The position numbers and the translations under genes were made by a program. From an uncultured Veillonellaceae bacterium (GTDB lineage: Bacteria > Bacillota > Negativicutes > JARBTT01): a stretch of DNA of 64,000 nt. This document shows positions 37,350 through 47,540 of the stretch, one piece after another. Position 1 is the first letter of the stretch. Every line of letters starts with the position of its first letter. Below the pieces are notes generated by a model. It saw only the letters and a program-made list of their open reading frames with translations, made no database searches and was not told where the DNA came from. Where the stretch lies: positions 256,001 through 320,000 of the forward strand of contig CAWDTA010000005.1 of NCBI GenBank assembly GCA_963805085.1. Direction: 5' to 3'.

Positions 37350-38936
37350 ATGCATATCTCTAGGTCGAAGTATCTTTTAGTAAGAGGTATCATAGTATGT
37401 AGTGTCCTCTTATTGGTACTAGGAATCATAAAAATATTATTTGATATGACTTTTCAGCAATTTATGGCAAATCGATATGCTGAAATACATAGTGCAGCTA
37501 ATCTAGTGAATACCTATTTTAATGATAATTTAGCAGAATTAAAATTGTTAGCTAGGGGCATAGATTTAACAGACACGGAACCAACTGAAGTGGAGCTTAA
37601 ACTGCACGAAATATTTAAATTGGGTTTTTTTTATGCCAGTGTTTTTGATGATAAAGAAAATTTGGTTGCCAACGTACTTTCAAGTGATGCCCGTACAGAA
37701 AAAATAGAAGATCGCATCGGTTTCGAACAGGCTTTGCGTGGGCATGAGCATATATCGGATGTATTTTTTGATGCTACGATGGATCGCTCTTATATGATTA
37801 TTAATGTTCCTGTATTAGACATGCGGGGGTATGTTACCGGTGTTTTAGTGGCAAAAATGGATATTAAAAAATTCAACGCCCTATTGTCTGGCTTGTATGA
37901 TGGAAGCAGTGGATATTCTTTTGTTTTAGATAATGAAAATAGTTGTTTACATAATCCAAAGGAAAGAACTGTACAATTGCAAGTGGAAAGTAGTCAGGAC
38001 CTTGAAAAAACTTTATTTTTACGGGCAGATTTTATAAGATTACATCAGAGATTAGAACATTCTTCTTGGTGTATTGATGCTGTTATCCCAACGAAGGTTT
38101 TTTATAAAAGCATTGCTTGCGCGTTACTTATGCCTTTGAGCCTATTGATTTTGTGTGCGATTATCATTATTTTAACGATTTGGTTTATCTATAAAGAGAG
38201 AGGACATCAAAAAGCATATGCGATGATGCGGATTGAGTCATTAACTACGGCAACGCAAGTTGCAGCGGGGATTGCCCATGAAATCAAAAATCCTCTAACT
38301 TCATTAAAAGGGTTTATTCAATTGATGAGCAAGCAAGATCACGAACGCTCACAAACCAATTATTTAACGATTATGCAAGATGAAATTGATCGTATTGATT
38401 GCTTGACGAATCAGTTTTGTATGTTATCAAAGCCGCTGGATAAAGTTGAGTATAAAACATTTAATTTACATGAGCTTATGTGCAAAGCTATTTTTTTGTT
38501 TGAACAACAGGCCCTACAAAAGTCAATCGACTTAACGATGTTACCAGTAGAGGCTAACTATGAACAGTTTTTGATACAGGGAAATACCAATCAATTAAAG
38601 CAGGTATTGATTAATTTAATCCGTAATGCAATTGAGGCAACTGGAGAACATGGTAAAGTAACGATGCTTTGTCGTAAACATAAAAGAAATATCGTGGTTA
38701 CGATCCAGGATAATGGTAGCGGAATTAGTTCAAGTGATCTGGAAAATTTAGGAACTCCGTTTTATACGACAAAAGAAAATGGTACTGGGCTTGGATTATT
38801 AGTTAGTTTTGAAATTATTAGAAAACATGGTGGTAAAATAAATATTGATAGTTGTTTGGGTGTAGGCACGACTTTACAAATAATATTACCAGAGGCAAAA
38901 AATAATCGGAATAGTGAAGGAGCTATACAAAAATGA
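37350..38936 (+). CDS. orphan sensor histidine kinase with Cache-like extracellular domain
   Basis: Two TMs, AAGIAHEIKNPLT H-box, QLKQVLINLIRNA, PFYTTKENGTGLGL. Confidence 0.9.
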   Translation: MHISRSKYLLVRGIIVCSVLLLVLGIIKILFDMTFQQFMANRYAEIHSAANLVNTYFNDNLAELKLLARGIDLTDTEPTEVELKLHEIFKLGFFYASVFDDKENLVANVLSSDARTEKIEDRIGFEQALRGHEHISDVFFDATMDRSYMIINVPVLDMRGYVTGVLVAKMDIKKFNALLSGLYDGSSGYSFVLDNENSCLHNPKERTVQLQVESSQDLEKTLFLRADFIRLHQRLEHSSWCIDAVIPTKVFYKSIACALLMPLSLLILCAIIIILTIWFIYKERGHQKAYAMMRIESLTTATQVAAGIAHEIKNPLTSLKGFIQLMSKQDHERSQTNYLTIMQDEIDRIDCLTNQFCMLSKPLDKVEYKTFNLHELMCKAIFLFEQQALQKSIDLTMLPVEANYEQFLIQGNTNQLKQVLINLIRNAIEATGEHGKVTMLCRKHKRNIVVTIQDNGSGISSSDLENLGTPFYTTKENGTGLGLLVSFEIIRKHGGKINIDSCLGVGTTLQIILPEAKNNRNSEGAIQK

Positions 38937-39451
38937 ATACGAATGAGCGTCGTGAATTTTTACGAAAGAAACTTGCAGAAAGTACAAAACCGATCACGGG
39001 GACGGCTCTAGCAAGTGAATTAGGCGTAAGTCGACAAGTGATTGTTGGTGACATTGGCATTTTAAGAGCTATGGGTACAGAGGTATATGCTACGCCACAA
39101 GGGTATGTAATTCCCGGAGAAATCGCAGTAAATGGTGAGGTTCTGATTGCGACGATTGCCTGCATTCATGATAAGCGAGGTGTAGCGAAAGAATTGGAAA
39201 TTATCGTAGACAATGGTGGCAAAGTACGTGATGTCATCGTAGAACATCCTTTATATGGTGAGATTCGCGCCGATTTGATGATTTCATCGAGACGAGAAGT
39301 AAAAAATTTTTTAGCTGGATTGGAACGGTGTGGTGCAGGGCCATTGTCAGCGGTTACGGGCGGCTTACATCTACATACGATTGAAGTGCCCAGTGAAGAA
39401 ATTTTACATGGAATCGAAAAAGAATTAAAAGAAAATGGTATATTAAGATAA
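38933..39451 (+). CDS. niaR: niacin-responsive repressor NiaR (YrxA/NadR, HTH plus 3H domain)
   Basis: LASELGVSRQVIVGDIGILRA, ATPQGY, VEHPLYG, GLHLHT. Confidence 0.9.
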   Translation: MNTNERREFLRKKLAESTKPITGTALASELGVSRQVIVGDIGILRAMGTEVYATPQGYVIPGEIAVNGEVLIATIACIHDKRGVAKELEIIVDNGGKVRDVIVEHPLYGEIRADLMISSRREVKNFLAGLERCGAGPLSAVTGGLHLHTIEVPSEEILHGIEKELKENGILR

Positions 39452-39507
39452 CATAGCAGTGAAAAATAAAGTTGGTACAGAAAATGTATCAGCTTTATTT
39501 TTTTTAC

Positions 39508-39574
39508 TTGTCAACATAATGTAAAATATGTATAATAAAAACTGTGACAAAACTAATGTAAAGACAGGTGTAAA
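39508..39574 (+). promoter_or_regulatory. sigma-A promoter plus putative NiaR operator
   Basis: TTGTCA(39508)-17-TATAAT(39531); downstream TGTAAAGACAGGTGTA resembles a NiaR box and overlaps the RBS. Confidence 0.6.
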
Positions 39575-39575
39575 T

Positions 39576-40931
39576 GTGGATATTGTAAATCGTTTGGAAA
39601 AGATACCAGTGTGTTCTTTTCATTATCGTTTATTATTTATCACTGGGCTAGGTTGGATGTTTGATGCTATGGATACTGGTATCATTGCCTTTGTATTACC
39701 AACCTTAGCAAAAGTATGGGGACTTACCACTGCGCAAATGGGGTATATCGGAAGTATTGGTCTAGTTGGGATGGCTATTGGTGCAGTCATGGCAGGTGAA
39801 TTTGCCGATCGTTTTGGCCGCAAGAAAATGTTTGCAGCAACGCTCGTGATTTATAGCTTAGCAACAGGCCTTTGTAGTATTGCTTGGAGTTATGAAGCGT
39901 TGCTAGCATTTCGCTTTTTAGTTGGTTTTGGTTTGGGCGGACAATTGCCGGTGGCGGTTACCTTGGTTACGGAGTTTTCACCACCGAATGTTCGTGGTAA
40001 GTTTATCGTTTTATTAGAAAGTTTTTGGGGTGTAGGTTGGTTGGTTGCAGCACTTATTTCTTATTTAGTAATTCCAAAATTCGGCTGGCATGTTGCCTTT
40101 ATCATTGGTGCATTACCAGCATTATATGTCTTTTATATTTGGAAAACCGTTCCTGAATCAGTCCGTTATTTATTAAACAAAGGAGAAGATCAGGAAGCAG
40201 AAAAAATAGTCTTAGCAATGGAAGCTGCGGCAGGTATTGAAGCTGCTCCGTTCGTTCGTGAAACAAAAGCAGAAAAACCAGCTCAAGTGAAGGTGGCGTT
40301 TAGTGAAATATTAACTTCTGCATATCTGAAACGAACCATTATGTTGTGGTGTTTATGGTTTGGAATCGTATATTCTTATTACGGAATCTTTACCTGGTTG
40401 CCATCACTGATGGTGACACAAGGTTTTACGGAAATTAAAACGTTTGAGTATGTCATTATCATGACACTGGCGCAGCTACCTGGGTATTTTGCCGCTGCAT
40501 ACTTAGTGGATCGCATTGGGAGAAAAGCAACGTTGGTTAGCTTTTTAACTGGTTGTGCTATTTGTGCTTATTTTTTTGGTCAGGGTGGATCAACGACTGT
40601 AGTATTAACGTGGGGAAGTTTGATGTCCTTCTTTAATTTGGGCGCTTGGGGTGTAGTGTACACTTATACACCAGAAATGTATCCTACTCGTGTACGGGCT
40701 TTAGGTTCTGGATGGGCAGCGGCAATTGGTCGCATCGGTGGGATTTTAGCACCGACCATCGTAGGCGTCATGCTTGGCTCGAAGCAAGGGTTCCAAGATA
40801 TTTTCTTGATGTTTACAGGGGTTATGCTAGGCGTAGCGGTGATTGTTGCCGCTTTAGGCCCAGAGACAAAGGGGAAAACGCTCGATGAAATCAGTGTTGG
40901 AAACGATAAGCTAGAGTTTTCTAATCGTTAA
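39576..40931 (+). CDS. niaP: MFS transporter, NiaP/YceI-like (niacin uptake)
   Basis: GLGWMFDAMD, ADRFGRK, YTPEMYPTRVRALG; adjacent to niaR; GTG 39576 chosen because ATG 39528 abuts the -10 box. Confidence 0.8.
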   Translation: MDIVNRLEKIPVCSFHYRLLFITGLGWMFDAMDTGIIAFVLPTLAKVWGLTTAQMGYIGSIGLVGMAIGAVMAGEFADRFGRKKMFAATLVIYSLATGLCSIAWSYEALLAFRFLVGFGLGGQLPVAVTLVTEFSPPNVRGKFIVLLESFWGVGWLVAALISYLVIPKFGWHVAFIIGALPALYVFYIWKTVPESVRYLLNKGEDQEAEKIVLAMEAAAGIEAAPFVRETKAEKPAQVKVAFSEILTSAYLKRTIMLWCLWFGIVYSYYGIFTWLPSLMVTQGFTEIKTFEYVIIMTLAQLPGYFAAAYLVDRIGRKATLVSFLTGCAICAYFFGQGGSTTVVLTWGSLMSFFNLGAWGVVYTYTPEMYPTRVRALGSGWAAAIGRIGGILAPTIVGVMLGSKQGFQDIFLMFTGVMLGVAVIVAALGPETKGKTLDEISVGNDKLEFSNR

Positions 40932-40986
40932 ATTTATGCTATACTTGATGAAAGTATAGCTAAGGTTTTACCTTTAGGAGGTTTTT

Positions 40987-41379
40987 ATGGGGTCAATTCT
41001 TCATATCATTGGTGCTTTGGTTGCAATTTGGGTATATAATGACGCAAAGAAATTTGGTCATAGTATGACAGTAGCTTTGTTATGGGCAGCTGGCAGTATT
41101 ATTATGGTGCCAATATTTTTCCCAGCATATCTGATACTTGCTCGTAAACAAGTGATGAAATCAAATCGTAATCTAGAGGAAGTTACCATTGAAATAGATG
41201 CCGAGTTTGTCGAGAACACCGTGAATTGTCCGATGTGTGGACGTAAGGTAAAAGAAGATTATAAACTTTGTCCTTATTGTGGTTTTACATTAAAACCAAC
41301 TTGCGGTAAATGTGGGATGGAATTGGAACGCGACTGGAAAGTTTGCCCGACCTGCCAAACATCTGTAACAGGAAAATAA
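40987..41379 (+). CDS. membrane protein with double zinc ribbon
   Basis: Two TMs followed by four CxxC pairs. Confidence 0.85.
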   Translation: MGSILHIIGALVAIWVYNDAKKFGHSMTVALLWAAGSIIMVPIFFPAYLILARKQVMKSNRNLEEVTIEIDAEFVENTVNCPMCGRKVKEDYKLCPYCGFTLKPTCGKCGMELERDWKVCPTCQTSVTGK

Positions 41380-41503
41380 AGTATCTCATAAGCCTCTTTA
41401 GATGATCTTTTTATCTAAAGAGGCTTTATTATAGCTAGGTGAACAGGTCTTTGCTGGACATGACAGCCCGGTTGTGATATAATATCTTTCGTAGCTGTTT
41501 TAA

Positions 41504-41578
41504 GCGCCTGTAGCCCAGTGGATAGAGCACTGGCCTCCGGAGCCAGGGGCGTAGGTTCGATTCCTACCAGGCGCACCA
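41504..41578 (+). tRNA. tRNA-Arg(CCG), integration site
   Basis: gcgcctgtagcccagtggatagagc...ctCCGga...gttcgattcc...gcgcacca. Confidence 0.96.
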
Positions 41579-41648
41579 CTTAAGAATATAGTAAAATTAA
41601 GCCCTCTAAGGTTTTATCCTTAGAGGGCATTTTGTTTTTTATAGGATA

Positions 41649-41670
41649 GGGGGGCAAAAAGGGGGGCAAT
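41649..41670 (+). repeat. GGGGGGCAA tandem pair, probable integrase arm site (left)
   Basis: ggggggcaaaaaggggggcaat; counterpart at 60536-60558. Confidence 0.65.
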
Positions 41671-42484
41671 ACATAAAAAATGCATTGATATCATTCATAT
41701 TAGCGAGCAAATAAAGGAATAGATGGACAATTAAATTTTATTTAGTTTTTCATTCTAATTCGCAAATTCGCAAAAATAAATAAGACTAAAGATTATTAAA
41801 CAATCATTCTTTGTATGGTATCCTTACGATTAATAGCCTTAGTTAGGAATTATTTTTTTCTAACTAAGGCTAAATATTTTATTTGTAAATATAACCTGTT
41901 CATTACGAATTTTATGAATAGACTATTAATCTTATCAAAATAAACTAGACGAGTACTGCAAATGCCACTACGATAAGCAATCATACTTTTCGTATCAACT
42001 CGTCTAATTCTACTTTCCAAGTAGCCTATGACTGAAACTGCCTGAAAATATTATAATGGGGCAGTATAATAAAGTTATAATTTCGACTCCCAAAAACATG
42101 CATAATGATGTAGTTATGACCTCTTCGATGTTAAGGACAACTACATACTATTTACTTACCAAGAAAAAGTCTACGACCCCTAATCTATCTATATTTTACA
42201 CAATCAACCACCTATATGTAACTGGCTAAGATTTTCTTTTTCAGTCGAAATGTTTAGCCAGTGACTGAAATAAAGACTGAAAAATTTTTAATCAATATCA
42301 TCGCTCATTTCATCGTCATCAATATCAAAATTTAAAATAAATCGATATTTTTTTATATTTCATAAAGGATTTCTCAAAAATATATCGAAATTTAGTTATA
42401 TCTGATTATTCGCTAAAAAAATCCTTTTAATCATCTTAAGCTACTTCAGTCTACAATCAGATAATTTTGATTAGGAGGGATATT

Positions 42485-42649
42485 ATGACTGCGTTAGACA
42501 TGTTCGAAATGTTTGATGAGTATCGCTACATAGTACTTGCTTTTCTGCTACCTTCCCCATTTTTATTCCCATTCACGAGTTTTTGGGCAGTAGCATTGTT
42601 CTGGGTGGCATTGTACGTCGTGGCAAAAGAATTTTATGACAGATTGTAA
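42485..42649 (+). CDS. small hydrophobic membrane protein (54 aa)
   Basis: RBS aggagg before ATG; followed by terminator aaaacggtag...ttaccgtttt. Confidence 0.65.
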   Translation: MTALDMFEMFDEYRYIVLAFLLPSPFLFPFTSFWAVALFWVALYVVAKEFYDRL

Positions 42650-42769
42650 CAAACAAAACGGTAGGCTTAACAGCTTACCGTTTTTACTTTTTATAACCCC
42701 TATAAATTTTTCCGACGATATAGAACCTACTTTTAGTATCAAAAAATATACTTAGTTAAAGAAAAAGAT

Positions 42770-42830
42770 GCTGACTTGAAATCAATTGTACCGTAAGGTA
42801 CCGAGGATTCGAATCCCTCCCACTCTGCCA
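42770..42830 (+). pseudogene. 3' fragment of tRNA-Ser(TGA) (att-like relic)
   Basis: ctgacttgaaatca anticodon arm, long variable arm gtaccgtaaggtac, T-arm gagga-ttcgaat-ccctc, ...ctgcca; no D arm or 5' acceptor strand. Confidence 0.75.
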
Positions 42831-42991
42831 TTAGTAAATTCAAGGCTTCGCGTGGTTTGACGTAGAGTCTTTTTTGTTGCGCACAAATAGCTCAAAATTG
42901 ACCGCATCCAATAAATGGATGTGATCAAAAGTGTGTTTATAATTATGAGATATTGCTTTATTTAAAATATATTTGCGAAATAGATTTTAGT

Positions 42992-43018
42992 GGAACAAGT
43001 GGAACACTTGGAACAGTC
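42992..43018 (+). repeat. 3 x 9-bp GGAACA direct repeat
   Basis: ggaacaagt ggaacactt ggaacagtc; second cluster at 51899-51925. Confidence 0.7.
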
Positions 43019-43020
43019 TT

Positions 43021-43212
43021 TTAACCAATCGTTAATTTAGATTTTTTCATTATATAGTCGGTTACTGCTTCACGAGGTATTTTCCAAACTCGGTTGTGAC
43101 GAAAACATTTTATTTCGCCGGATGATAATAATTTGTATGCTGAATTTTTGCCAATGGCTAACATGTCGCATAAATCTTCAACACTCACTAAATCGTTATA
43201 TTGCTCAAACAT
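43021..43212 (-). CDS. excisionase-like HTH_17 protein
   Basis: LVSVEDLCDMLAIGKNSAYKLLSSGEI...WKIPREAV; RBS ggagg. Confidence 0.85.
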   Translation of the reverse strand: MFEQYNDLVSVEDLCDMLAIGKNSAYKLLSSGEIKCFRHNRVWKIPREAVTDYIMKKSKLTIG

Positions 43213-43342
43213 GATTATATTACCTCCAATACAGTTTTTTTATATGATGTAAGACTTTAATTAAGAGTTAATACTGTAGTTAAATTAAAGATAAAATAAG
43301 TGTTTTAAAATCAGAATTAATCTAAGGAAGGCGTAAATAAAC

Positions 43343-43522
43343 TTAACCATTCAAGTTAGCGCTGGTATAATCTTTAATGGATTGAGCAGATATTTTCCAT
43401 GCCTTACCTGTTTTAAATGCTTTGAATTCACCAGTATTAATTAGCTTATAAATTGTTTGACTACTACAGCCTAATATACTACCTGCATCGGATACATGCA
43501 TTAAAATTAGTTGATTATACAT
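43343..43522 (-). CDS. second excisionase-like HTH_17 protein (59 aa, absent from the ORF track)
   Basis: MYNQLILMHVSDAGSILGCSSQTIYKLINTGEFKAFKTGKAWKISAQSIKDYTSANLNG*. Confidence 0.75.
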   Translation of the reverse strand: MYNQLILMHVSDAGSILGCSSQTIYKLINTGEFKAFKTGKAWKISAQSIKDYTSANLNG

Positions 43523-43760
43523 GAGTAATTATCTTCTAATATATTTATTTACTTTTATGTTAAATTAAAATTGAACCTTAATTATTCACATAAAACAGGC
43601 AAAAGAAGAAATAATAAAATAATGTCTAAAAATAGAAGAATGGATAGATGAAATTATAATTATTTTGTTCTTTAATAAGCTTTAAAATACGAAAAATGCA
43701 AAGCTGCTTGACAAAAGTATATTTTTATGTAAAAATATAATACATAAATAAGAATGTGGG

Positions 43761-44525
43761 GTGATTGTATTGGACAAAACCAAAAATATGAAACTTATTA
43801 TACAGGAAGATTTTCTTAGAAAAGTAGTTTATGCTGTTGAGAAAGCTATCAGAGATGATATTCCTCATTATTTGAGAGAGAATCATTATGAAACTAATAA
43901 TGCCCTTCCACACCTTAGAGGAGACTATATCAATGAAAATTTGAGAAGGCATGTTGTTGGTAATGGTATAGAATTAGTTCCTTTTAAGAGATATAGTTGG
44001 GCTGGAAGAATTATCATAGATCGTGTGAATCATTTGACATATACAATCACTACCTTTAATACATTGGTAAATATACCTAAAAAGAAAGGTCGAATAAAAC
44101 CGCACTTTTTACAATCGATTCTTTATGCTGAAAATGCTAGTTGTGAAGCTAAAATTAAGCAAACAAAATTTGATTTTGGGATAACTCAGTTTGAGTCAGA
44201 TGAATTAGAACAAGATTATGCTAATATTAGCCAAGGTTTGATTAACATAAATGAAAATTATCGTCATTATGTAATTGCTTATCAATCAGAAGGCAATGAA
44301 ATTAATGAAATAATCTTACGGTTATTGGATAAAGATTTTGATACTGTTGATGAAGCTTCTTTAATGGAATATATCAAACCAGACTTCGCAAGGCTTACTG
44401 ATATGGAATTTGTTGAAGAAGAAGTAGAAATGAGTAAAGAACCCGATAGTGAAAATTTGGTTAATATTAAAGCTGAGGTTTTTGTGCCGAATTTGCGAAA
44501 AATAGACAAGCCGGCCGATGAATAA
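43761..44525 (+). CDS. hypothetical protein (DUF5986-like; candidate toxin)
   Basis: 254-aa ORF directly upstream of an HTH-metallopeptidase gene; family assignment is from recall only. Confidence 0.6.
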   Translation: MIVLDKTKNMKLIIQEDFLRKVVYAVEKAIRDDIPHYLRENHYETNNALPHLRGDYINENLRRHVVGNGIELVPFKRYSWAGRIIIDRVNHLTYTITTFNTLVNIPKKKGRIKPHFLQSILYAENASCEAKIKQTKFDFGITQFESDELEQDYANISQGLININENYRHYVIAYQSEGNEINEIILRLLDKDFDTVDEASLMEYIKPDFARLTDMEFVEEEVEMSKEPDSENLVNIKAEVFVPNLRKIDKPADE

Positions 44526-44543
44526 AGGTCAGGAGAGAGAAAC

Positions 44544-45749
44544 ATGATTAAGAATTTTCAAGGTAGCCGTTTAAAGAATGCCAGAACTTTTAGAGCATTG
44601 ACATTAACCGAATTAGCTGAGAAAACGGATATAAGTAAACAATCAATATCACTTTATGAAAATAATAGAAATACACCAGATCATGAACGGGTTCGATTAA
44701 TGGCAGCCGCATTGGATTTTCCATATAATTTTTTCTTCCAAGAAGATAATTATATGACAAAAACGGAGACAACATATTTTCGTTCTTTAGCAAGTGCAAC
44801 GAAAAAAAATAGAACAGCACAAAGTTTGAAACTGGAATATGTTGCTAAAATATATGAGATATTATTAGAGTATGTTGATTTTCCCATACTTAATATTCCT
44901 GAAATAGATTTTATTGGTAATGATAATGTGTTTGAATGTGATAGCGATAAATCAATAAAGGAATTTGAAGATATTGCAGATAATGTTCGAAAACATTGGG
45001 GAATTGCTAATGAACCAATTAAAAACTTGCAATATCTTTTAGAAAAAAACGGTGTTGTCATTACAGGATTTGATACGGAAGAAGATAAAATTGATGCATT
45101 TAGTCAACGTACTATTGTTGATAATCATCCCATTTTTTTTATTGCAGTAGCTTTAGGTACCCGTCCAGAAGGTCGTATTAGATTTGATATGGCCCATGAA
45201 CTAGGACATATTCTTTTACATCCGTGGAGTGAAGATTTAGAGTCCATAACAAAAGATGAATTTAAAATGAGAGAACGTCAGGCTAATATGTTTGCCAGTG
45301 CATTTCTTCTTCCTAAAAGTAGTTTTGGAAAAGATGTACAAACATATCCAACTGATTTGAATTTTTATCAATTCTTGAAAAAAAAATGGAAGGTATCTAT
45401 CCAAGCAATGATTTATCGGACGCATCAACTGAAAATTATTACTGATAATCAATACCAGTATTTAATGCGACAGATTTCAAAAAATGGCTGGAGGACGAAG
45501 GAACCGGGTGATACTCCAATTAAATTGAATGAAAGTATTTTTCAAGGTGCAATTGATTTGTTGCTAAATAAACGAATATTAACGGCTCGAAGTCTTATTC
45601 GTAAATTTGAGCAATATGGTGTTGCTTTATATCCTCATGAGATCGAAAAATTACTTCATTTGCGTAAAGGGACTTTAAAGATGGAAGATGTAGTAACTCC
45701 GATAATACAGCTACGAAAAACAAGAGAATCCATTGATACAGATAAATAA
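44544..45749 (+). CDS. XRE-HTH plus ImmA/IrrE (M78) metallopeptidase
   Basis: RLKNARTFRALTLTELAEKTDISKQSISLYE; RFDMAHELGH (HExxH); ERQANMFASAFLLP. Confidence 0.92.
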   Translation: MIKNFQGSRLKNARTFRALTLTELAEKTDISKQSISLYENNRNTPDHERVRLMAAALDFPYNFFFQEDNYMTKTETTYFRSLASATKKNRTAQSLKLEYVAKIYEILLEYVDFPILNIPEIDFIGNDNVFECDSDKSIKEFEDIADNVRKHWGIANEPIKNLQYLLEKNGVVITGFDTEEDKIDAFSQRTIVDNHPIFFIAVALGTRPEGRIRFDMAHELGHILLHPWSEDLESITKDEFKMRERQANMFASAFLLPKSSFGKDVQTYPTDLNFYQFLKKKWKVSIQAMIYRTHQLKIITDNQYQYLMRQISKNGWRTKEPGDTPIKLNESIFQGAIDLLLNKRILTARSLIRKFEQYGVALYPHEIEKLLHLRKGTLKMEDVVTPIIQLRKTRESIDTDK

Positions 45750-45934
45750 TGTTCATAATTTGATAGGCTAATAAATTATAGTTATATATTATAACTATGA
45801 ATGCGCTTGCAGATCTTATGAATATATCATAAAACCCTTGCAAAGGATCATAGTAACATAGTAAAGCGCCAGTTGGTTCATCCAACTGGCTTATTTTTAT
45901 GCCTAAAATTAAAAATGAAAAGGGGAATTTTATC

Positions 45935-47050
45935 ATGAAACAAGGTAGAAGCATTATGGAATTAGCAAAGGAACTAGAACGCCAACGTATGGCAAGAAAA
46001 GATTTTATCGCAGATACCCGCAATCTTGAAGTATACACAAAAGATGGTATGACTCAATTAGCACTAGGTATTAATGATACTACAGAAACTTTTATTCTCA
46101 ATGAATTAGCCCATAACCAAATTGCAGCTAGGCTTCAGATCCCACAACGGTATTACAGTAAAATGCGTGAAGAATATCCAAGCCTTTTAGACGATAATAT
46201 CAACAGTTGGTTTGGCAAGAATGGTGAACGCAGAATGCTTCGTGTGCTTGATGGTAATATTAGAGCATTTCTATCTGACCGCTACCGTAGATTAGATAAT
46301 TTAGAACTTGCCGATGCGGTATTACCAATCATCAAAGAGATGAAAGGTGCAGAGATTGTATCAAGCCAAGTTACAGATACCCATATGTTTATCAAGGTAA
46401 TTAATAAACGTCTAAAAGCAGAGGTCGCAACAGGTGATGTAGTACAAGCTGGTATTGTAATTAGTAATAGTGAAGTTGGTTTAGGAAGTCTTAAAGTAGA
46501 ACCACTCATTTATCGTTTGGTTTGTAAAAATGGTCTTATTGTAAAAGACTATGCACAAAAGCGCTACCATGTAGGTAAGCAAGTTGAAAATGATGATTCT
46601 GCTTATGAAATCTACTCTGATGAAACACTCCAAGCCGATGATAAAGCCTTCTTTATGAAAGTACAAGATACCGTAAGAACTGCCGTGGATGAAGCTAAGT
46701 TTCAATTATCCATAGAAAAGTTGAAAAATAGTAAATATGAAACAACAGGCAATGATCCAGTAAAAACCGTAGAAGTTTTAGCAGATAAATACGTACTTAA
46801 CCAAAATGAAAGAGGCAGTGTTTTGCGCCACTTCATCATGGCAGGAGATAACAGCAAATACGGCTTAATTAATGCCGTAACTAGAGCAAGTCAAGATATA
46901 GAGGACTATGGTAGAGCAACGGAATTAGAACGCTTAGGCGGTGAGTTGCTTGCAGTACCGCCAATCAATAAAAACTTACTAACACATACACCTGTAGAAG
47001 GAATAAACCACATGAAAAACATTACAAATGTCGTTGCACTGGCAAGATAA
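45935..47050 (+). CDS. DUF932/DUF945-family mobile-element protein
   Basis: RAFLSDRYRRLDN, ISNSEVGLGS, YRLVCKNG, YGLINAVTR. Confidence 0.8.
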   Translation: MKQGRSIMELAKELERQRMARKDFIADTRNLEVYTKDGMTQLALGINDTTETFILNELAHNQIAARLQIPQRYYSKMREEYPSLLDDNINSWFGKNGERRMLRVLDGNIRAFLSDRYRRLDNLELADAVLPIIKEMKGAEIVSSQVTDTHMFIKVINKRLKAEVATGDVVQAGIVISNSEVGLGSLKVEPLIYRLVCKNGLIVKDYAQKRYHVGKQVENDDSAYEIYSDETLQADDKAFFMKVQDTVRTAVDEAKFQLSIEKLKNSKYETTGNDPVKTVEVLADKYVLNQNERGSVLRHFIMAGDNSKYGLINAVTRASQDIEDYGRATELERLGGELLAVPPINKNLLTHTPVEGINHMKNITNVVALAR

Positions 47051-47130
47051 TCACAATAAAACGTAGATAATAACAAAGAGTTGTGGAAAAGTAACACCAA
47101 TTAAAAAAGATCACTAAGGAGAAATGTAAA

Positions 47131-47460
47131 ATGATGATGAATGGATGCTTTTGTTACGAAGATATCAAAGCAGAACTCAAACAATGGAAAGATGTCTTTG
47201 CGATTACATTAAGAATGGAATCTAATATTGATATCAGCATGACGTTAAATTACACACAAATTAAAGTATTAGCAGAAGGACTATTATCTTTAGCTAGTCA
47301 AACGGATAGTAAAAATTTTATAAACGCAGAAGCAAAGCAGATAAATGGAGCAATACAAATCGAATTCACTCAATCTGAAAATGAAGCAGTTGAAGAATCC
47401 TGCCAGAAAAATATTTCAGCTGCCCTAGCGGTAGTAAAATCACTATCGAAGGCTGGTTAA
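47131..47460 (+). CDS. hypothetical protein
   Basis: RBS aaggag; 109-aa ORF in a co-directional run. Confidence 0.65.
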   Translation: MMMNGCFCYEDIKAELKQWKDVFAITLRMESNIDISMTLNYTQIKVLAEGLLSLASQTDSKNFINAEAKQINGAIQIEFTQSENEAVEESCQKNISAALAVVKSLSKAG

Positions 47461-47540
47461 AAATGAAATGAATACAAAGACAAAGACAAAGCCCGACTGG
47501 AAAAGACCAGTCGGGCTTCTATTGTTATAGGAGGAAAAAT

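Noticed and set aside
42770-42830. Functional tRNA-Ser or tRNA-Sec
   Set aside because: The 5' half is missing and the anticodon is TGA, not TCA.
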